From a virus (Duplodnaviria; Caudoviricetes): a stretch of DNA of 64,000 bases. The number at the start of each line of letters is the position of its first letter. The first letter of the stretch is position 1. This document shows, in pieces, positions 59,809-64,000 of this stretch. The notes beneath the pieces were generated by a model that was not told the DNA's origin, ran no database searches, and saw only the letters and a program-made list of their open reading frames with translations. The translations under genes were made by a program, and so were the position numbers. Location: the IMG/VR virus record IMGVR_UViG_3300035522_000179, positions 64,001-128,000 of that record. One strand, written 5' to 3'.

Positions 59809-61038
59809 ATCGGCATTTAACCCACTAAGGATCGAGAGTGGAACCATCAATGTCAGGCACCCTTTATCTGGTCTAATCGTTCTTATATCCATCAGAATTA
59901 TGGAATAATAATTCAAAGTGGGGTTTCTGTTAATCACAACCGAAGGATGCTCGATATTAATGATCATCAACATAATCTCATAGATTCGTTGATCAAAATC
60001 GTATCCTTGTTCCCAAATGGTATTGGCTGCGGCTAACGAGATTCCATACATCTTCATTAAGTAATAAATGATTTTAAACTTAAACATGACATAGAAACAA
60101 CTGTATCCAAGATCTATTTCGTTATCTTTTAAACTAGGATCTGGACAAATGACATTTCGGGAAGTGAAGTTTAAAGATCCTCCAATCAACTGGTCTCTGA
60201 TCAAACCGTCTTTGGAGTTGATCAAATTAAAATTAAATTCCCAAATGGCATTGACTCTTTGTTGGATTCTTCCTAAGATCACAGGAGTTTCAATGTCTTC
60301 CGAATCCCTCAAATTCCTAGCAAGGTTTGTGAGGGTATTAATATCTTTATCAATTCCCGTAAAGTAAAAATTCTCACTGGTTACGGATTGTTGACGAAGA
60401 AGCGTAGTATAAACGGGAGCGTATGATGTAAATACTTTCAAACGCTCTTTGGAAATCAAATCAAAGGTACTGGCTTTGTTGGGTTTCTTCTTTCGATAAA
60501 AGTCTAAGACTTCATCAAAACGAAACCGGAATGATTCTAAGCCAATGCCACAAAACGGTGACTTGGGATCAAATTCTTTCATTTCCTCCGTAGTTAAATC
60601 CACTCTTCTTCCGTCTCGGTCTACTTTCTTCTTCGTATAAATAATTTCTGGGAATTCGTCTTTCCCAATCGCTGCTTGTAAGATGCGATAATAATGGGGA
60701 GCAACGATCTTCTTATTCCCAAAGGGAATCCATCCAGTCATTTTTGGATTCACGTCCTTAAACTCTACCTTTTGACCACACTTCGGACAAATCTCATCCT
60801 TAAAGGCAACCCCTGTGAATGCGCCACAATCACAAGAATACCGTTCTGCAAATGCCTGTTCGTCTGAAAATGTGGTACCAAACCGTGGGGACTGTGGACC
60901 ATTCAACGCTTTCTTTCGGGTTTCATCAATATCCACTTCCGGTGGATCTGTAATGAAAAACCCTCGTCCTTCGGCTACATCGGTGAATGCACAAACATCG
61001 AAGTTGAGCCTATTTACTTCTACTCTTCGTTTTCCCAT
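59809..61038 (-). CDS. Phage multisubunit RNA polymerase beta' N-terminal subunit, exon 1 (410 aa; 468 aa spliced)
   Basis: CDCG...CPKCG Zn finger, GWI, KDGLIR, SRNVICPDP, INRNPTL, GLNAD. Confidence 0.92.
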
Positions 61039-61070
61039 TGTTTACTCCTTTCTTAGTGCATAACGAGAAA

Positions 61071-61078
61071 ATAATATA
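61071..61078 (-). promoter_or_regulatory. Early-type promoter core TATATTAT for the RNAP gene
   Basis: ataatata on plus, 33 nt upstream of the ATG. Confidence 0.65.
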
Positions 61079-61238
61079 TTAGTAAAACTGAATTTAGAAA
61101 AGAATTCACTATTTCTCGTTATGTAACACGTTTTTTAAAAAATGGTATTTCATCTGTTTCAAAAACACTGACAAAAAAAAACAAATTAATAAATGATTTC
61201 AATAACCGAAAATTAAGAAAGATAAGAGGGTAAAAGAA

Positions 61239-61970
61239 ATGGCGCAAAATTACGGAACAAGGGACACACGTAAAGAATTAAAAGATACAAAATTTTTACT
61301 GAAAGATGTTGCAAAAAGAATCACGGAAGCAAAAAAAAACGGGGACGTGGATGAATTGGAAAAATGCACTCATGAAATTGATGCATTTATAGATCATCTG
61401 AAAAAGGTAAAATTGAATGGGTATGACCTTAGACTCAGTAAAGAATTATTTGAACAATTGAGCAAAGGAGCGATGCAAGCTGGAGCAATAATCGGTTTGG
61501 GATTTGGTGCATGTGCTGCTTTAACAAATAGGATGAAAAAAACGGACGCTAAATACCGGAAAATGTGTTATGATAACTTCCGTAATATGGATGGAAACAT
61601 GAGTACTAATCCGGATAAGTTGAGATACGGTCTGGAATTAACGAAAGTTGCCAATAAGTCGGATAGACGCATTAAAAGTGCTGAAGCGTTAACAAGATCT
61701 ATGGGAGCTAATGCAGCAGTGGCTATCACTGGTGGATCTTTATGTGGAATAAACAGTATGCGAATTGATCAATTGCAGAAGAATTTGGACAAGCAAATAA
61801 AAAAGTTAGAAGACATGAGTAGAGAGTTAAAAGCAGAAATCAAACAATTGAAATCTCAACAGCGTGCTATAAAAGAATCAGTAGAGGATATTAAGTTGGA
61901 GATTTATGAGTCCTGTCGGTATGGAGAAATCAGTGAAGAGGAAATGGAAATACTTTTAAATATGATATAA
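61239..61970 (+). CDS. Putative late head-packaged protein
   Basis: AACA-N6-TAA at 61180-61192; hydrophobic Gly/Ala helices; C-terminal ESVEDIKLEIYES..GEISEEE. Confidence 0.65.
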   Translation: MAQNYGTRDTRKELKDTKFLLKDVAKRITEAKKNGDVDELEKCTHEIDAFIDHLKKVKLNGYDLRLSKELFEQLSKGAMQAGAIIGLGFGACAALTNRMKKTDAKYRKMCYDNFRNMDGNMSTNPDKLRYGLELTKVANKSDRRIKSAEALTRSMGANAAVAITGGSLCGINSMRIDQLQKNLDKQIKKLEDMSRELKAEIKQLKSQQRAIKESVEDIKLEIYESCRYGEISEEEMEILLNMI

Positions 61971-61984
61971 AGGAGAAAACGGAT

Positions 61985-62161
61985 ATGATTTCTTTAGATC
62001 TTGATTCAACTATAGATAACGAAAGATCGAATTCACTCAAAGACAAAGATTCACGGAACGCAGAAATCTGTAAGAATGAATCTGTGGAAGATTTTAAACT
62101 TTCTATCTTTGGAGTGAAATCTCTGAAAGGGAAAGGGATTTTCGTTTAGAACCTGATATAA
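61985..62161 (+). pseudogene. Truncated, frameshifted paralog remnant of the C-terminus of 61239-61970
   Basis: ESVEDFKLSIF in frame, then EISERERDF in another frame. Confidence 0.5.
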
Positions 62162-62230
62162 AAAATCAAAAAAAAAAGAGAGGGATTTTAAATCCCTCTC
62201 TTTTCTCTTTTTTTTGTTTACTTGTTGATA

Positions 62231-62803
62231 TTACTCTTCGATCTTCCTCGCAATTCCGAGTACTTCGCCATTCATGGAATCCACTACTTCAATTCCTACT
62301 GTAGGAAGACCAAAGGAAAGTGCGCGATTGTATGCTGCAGTCCTGTAGATCAAACCAGTGTTGATGTCCATAAAGTCAGCGTTCTGATACATTGGGGACT
62401 TTGCAATCTCATAGACGTCAGGTCCGTTTGAATTAGAATGATGCTTTTTAGGACTTCCAGTAGGTTCCGCAGACATCTTTGATTTTTCATCATAACGTAA
62501 CCTTTCATTCCAGTCCTTCTCACTACGCTCAATATTCCATGCCTTATACATCTTCTCGATGTAATCTTTTACAGCACATGCAATGTCATCAAACCACCCA
62601 AAGTGATCATATACAATCTCGTCATTAAGTACCCGTTTGCAATATTCCTTGAAATCATCCGACGAGTTAGAATAGAAAATGTTATCCAGTTCGGAAACAT
62701 CCTGGTTCTTAAGCCAGTCGCGAAACCCAATAGCATTAATCATCCAGGAATAATCATTACTCATGAGAAACGCGGATAACCGTTCACATCTTATTGTGAT
62801 CAT
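62231..62803 (-). CDS. Hypothetical protein
   Basis: GAGGAG RBS, 190 aa. Confidence 0.75.
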   Translation of the reverse strand: MITIRCERLSAFLMSNDYSWMINAIGFRDWLKNQDVSELDNIFYSNSSDDFKEYCKRVLNDEIVYDHFGWFDDIACAVKDYIEKMYKAWNIERSEKDWNERLRYDEKSKMSAEPTGSPKKHHSNSNGPDVYEIAKSPMYQNADFMDINTGLIYRTAAYNRALSFGLPTVGIEVVDSMNGEVLGIARKIEE

Positions 62804-62828
62804 AATTCAATACTCCTCTCTCTTTGAT

Positions 62829-63254
62829 TTAGATCGTATAGAACTTAATTCCGTAATTCTTCTCTCTTCTGTCATAGAACACCCCGCAAACAACACCAGG
62901 AAGAGAATTGAGTTTGATTATCTCATCCACAGAAACGTTGTCAATGTCACGATTTCTGAACTCGCAACCAAGACTGAGATTGTACAGAAACATTGCTGCA
63001 GAAGGTGCATCATGAAATCTTCTCTTGTGATAGATTCTATTCAGAACGGTAACGGTTACTTCATCGTCCTTGCGTGCGTTCTCTTCTGCGTAGTTGATGC
63101 TAATTCCATACTCGTCCAAGTCGTACTTGCGGCACTTGCTGTTGAAAGCTCTGATTGTAATCATTATTCTTGATCTTTCGGAATCAAGATGCCTCTCAAT
63201 CTCTCTTACAGCATTTTTCATTTTAGCTTCTGTCAACTCTGTCAATCCGATCAT
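62829..63254 (-). CDS. Hypothetical early protein, paralog of 63498-63917
   Basis: GGAGG RBS; I.xFNx.C..., LNRIY, L.LG. Confidence 0.7.
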   Translation of the reverse strand: MIGLTELTEAKMKNAVREIERHLDSERSRIMITIRAFNSKCRKYDLDEYGISINYAEENARKDDEVTVTVLNRIYHKRRFHDAPSAAMFLYNLSLGCEFRNRDIDNVSVDEIIKLNSLPGVVCGVFYDRREKNYGIKFYTI

Positions 63255-63452
63255 AAGTACCTCCAGGCTCTTGATATTATCTCCACCTAAAATGTTTTTT
63301 TTGTTTTTACTTTCGTCCGTTCATTCATACTAGGACCACAGTAAATTATATGAAGTTTTAAATCAGATTTGAGTAATTAAATTACTTTATTTATTCTGAT
63401 TCACGAAAATGATATATCATTAATAATATTGACTTTCCGGGACCGCGATAAA

Positions 63453-63490
63453 AAAGAAAGAGTTTGGATTATTCCAAACTCTTTCTCTTA
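63453..63490. terminator. Terminator, near-identical to the one at ~63929-63963
   Basis: aagagtttggatt(a/t)ttccaaactctt. Confidence 0.75.
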
Positions 63491-63497
63491 TGTATTT

Positions 63498-63917
63498 TTA
63501 GATATAATAAAATACCATCTTACAGGTACGGTCAATAAACTCTTCATGAAGAAACACCTTCTTACATACAATTGGGTATTTCTTGGATTTGTAGGTAGAC
63601 ATACTAAAAGCATATTCTTTACTAATTACAAAGCCTAAATCAAGTTTAGAGAGTTCTGACAACAAGTCGTAGTCATGTCCAAATATATGATCTCCATAGA
63701 TCCTATTCAAATTTTCAACTGTTTCTTTTATGGAACTTTCAACAGTCACCATAGAATTCGTGATACCATCATTTTTAATCCAAATCATTTTATCCTTGAA
63801 TCCAAGTTGTTCACATTCCTTGTTGAATGTTGCAATTGACTGTAAGAGGAAATCTCTCTTTACCTGAATAAGTCCTTTTGCATTTACTGAATTTTCTGTG
63901 TTCATAATTACCTCCAT
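63498..63917 (-). CDS. Hypothetical protein, paralog of 62829-63254
   Basis: IATFNKECEQLG, LNRIYG, LDLGFV. Confidence 0.7.
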   Translation of the reverse strand: MEVIMNTENSVNAKGLIQVKRDFLLQSIATFNKECEQLGFKDKMIWIKNDGITNSMVTVESSIKETVENLNRIYGDHIFGHDYDLLSELSKLDLGFVISKEYAFSMSTYKSKKYPIVCKKVFLHEEFIDRTCKMVFYYI

Positions 63918-64000
63918 TTGTTGATAATAAAGAAGAGTTTGGATTTTTCCAAACTCTTCTTTATGTAGGGATTACTCTTCGTATCCCATCACTTGAATTC

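Noticed and set aside
1-64000. Alternative genetic code (stop codon reassignment)
   Set aside because: Long genes are intact under the standard code, and TAA, TAG and TGA all end genes next to RBSs or terminators.

Overview
This 64 kb window is AT-rich, gene-dense DNA from a jumbo myophage, probably of the AR9/PBS1-phiKZ type with its own multisubunit RNA polymerase. The host is probably a Bacillota species, judged from strong GGAGG ribosome-binding sites. It carries a tail and baseplate module, including a ~3,840 aa tape-measure-like protein with 78-aa tandem repeats and three C-terminal hydrolase-like domains. It also has a ~12 kb cluster of related putative internal head or ejection proteins, dUTPase, thymidylate synthase, a RusA-like resolvase, a TnsA/gp4-like nuclease, a MazG-like protein and a BCS1-like AAA ATPase. 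The RNAP beta' N-terminal subunit gene is split inside its catalytic NAD|FDGD motif by a 430-nt ORF-less group I intron. Two promoter-like motifs partition the genes: TATAT(T/C)AT before non-structural genes and (A)ACA-N6-TAA mainly before virion genes. The second matches the uracil-dependent AR9 late promoter, yet this phage encodes dUTPase and ThyA. Other observations are a probable -1 frameshift in a tail chaperone, three unannotated small membrane proteins, a conserved leader hairpin on duplicated early genes and a possible late small RNA. No CRISPR array, tRNA or rRNA was recognised. All functional calls come from reading motifs by eye, not from database searches.
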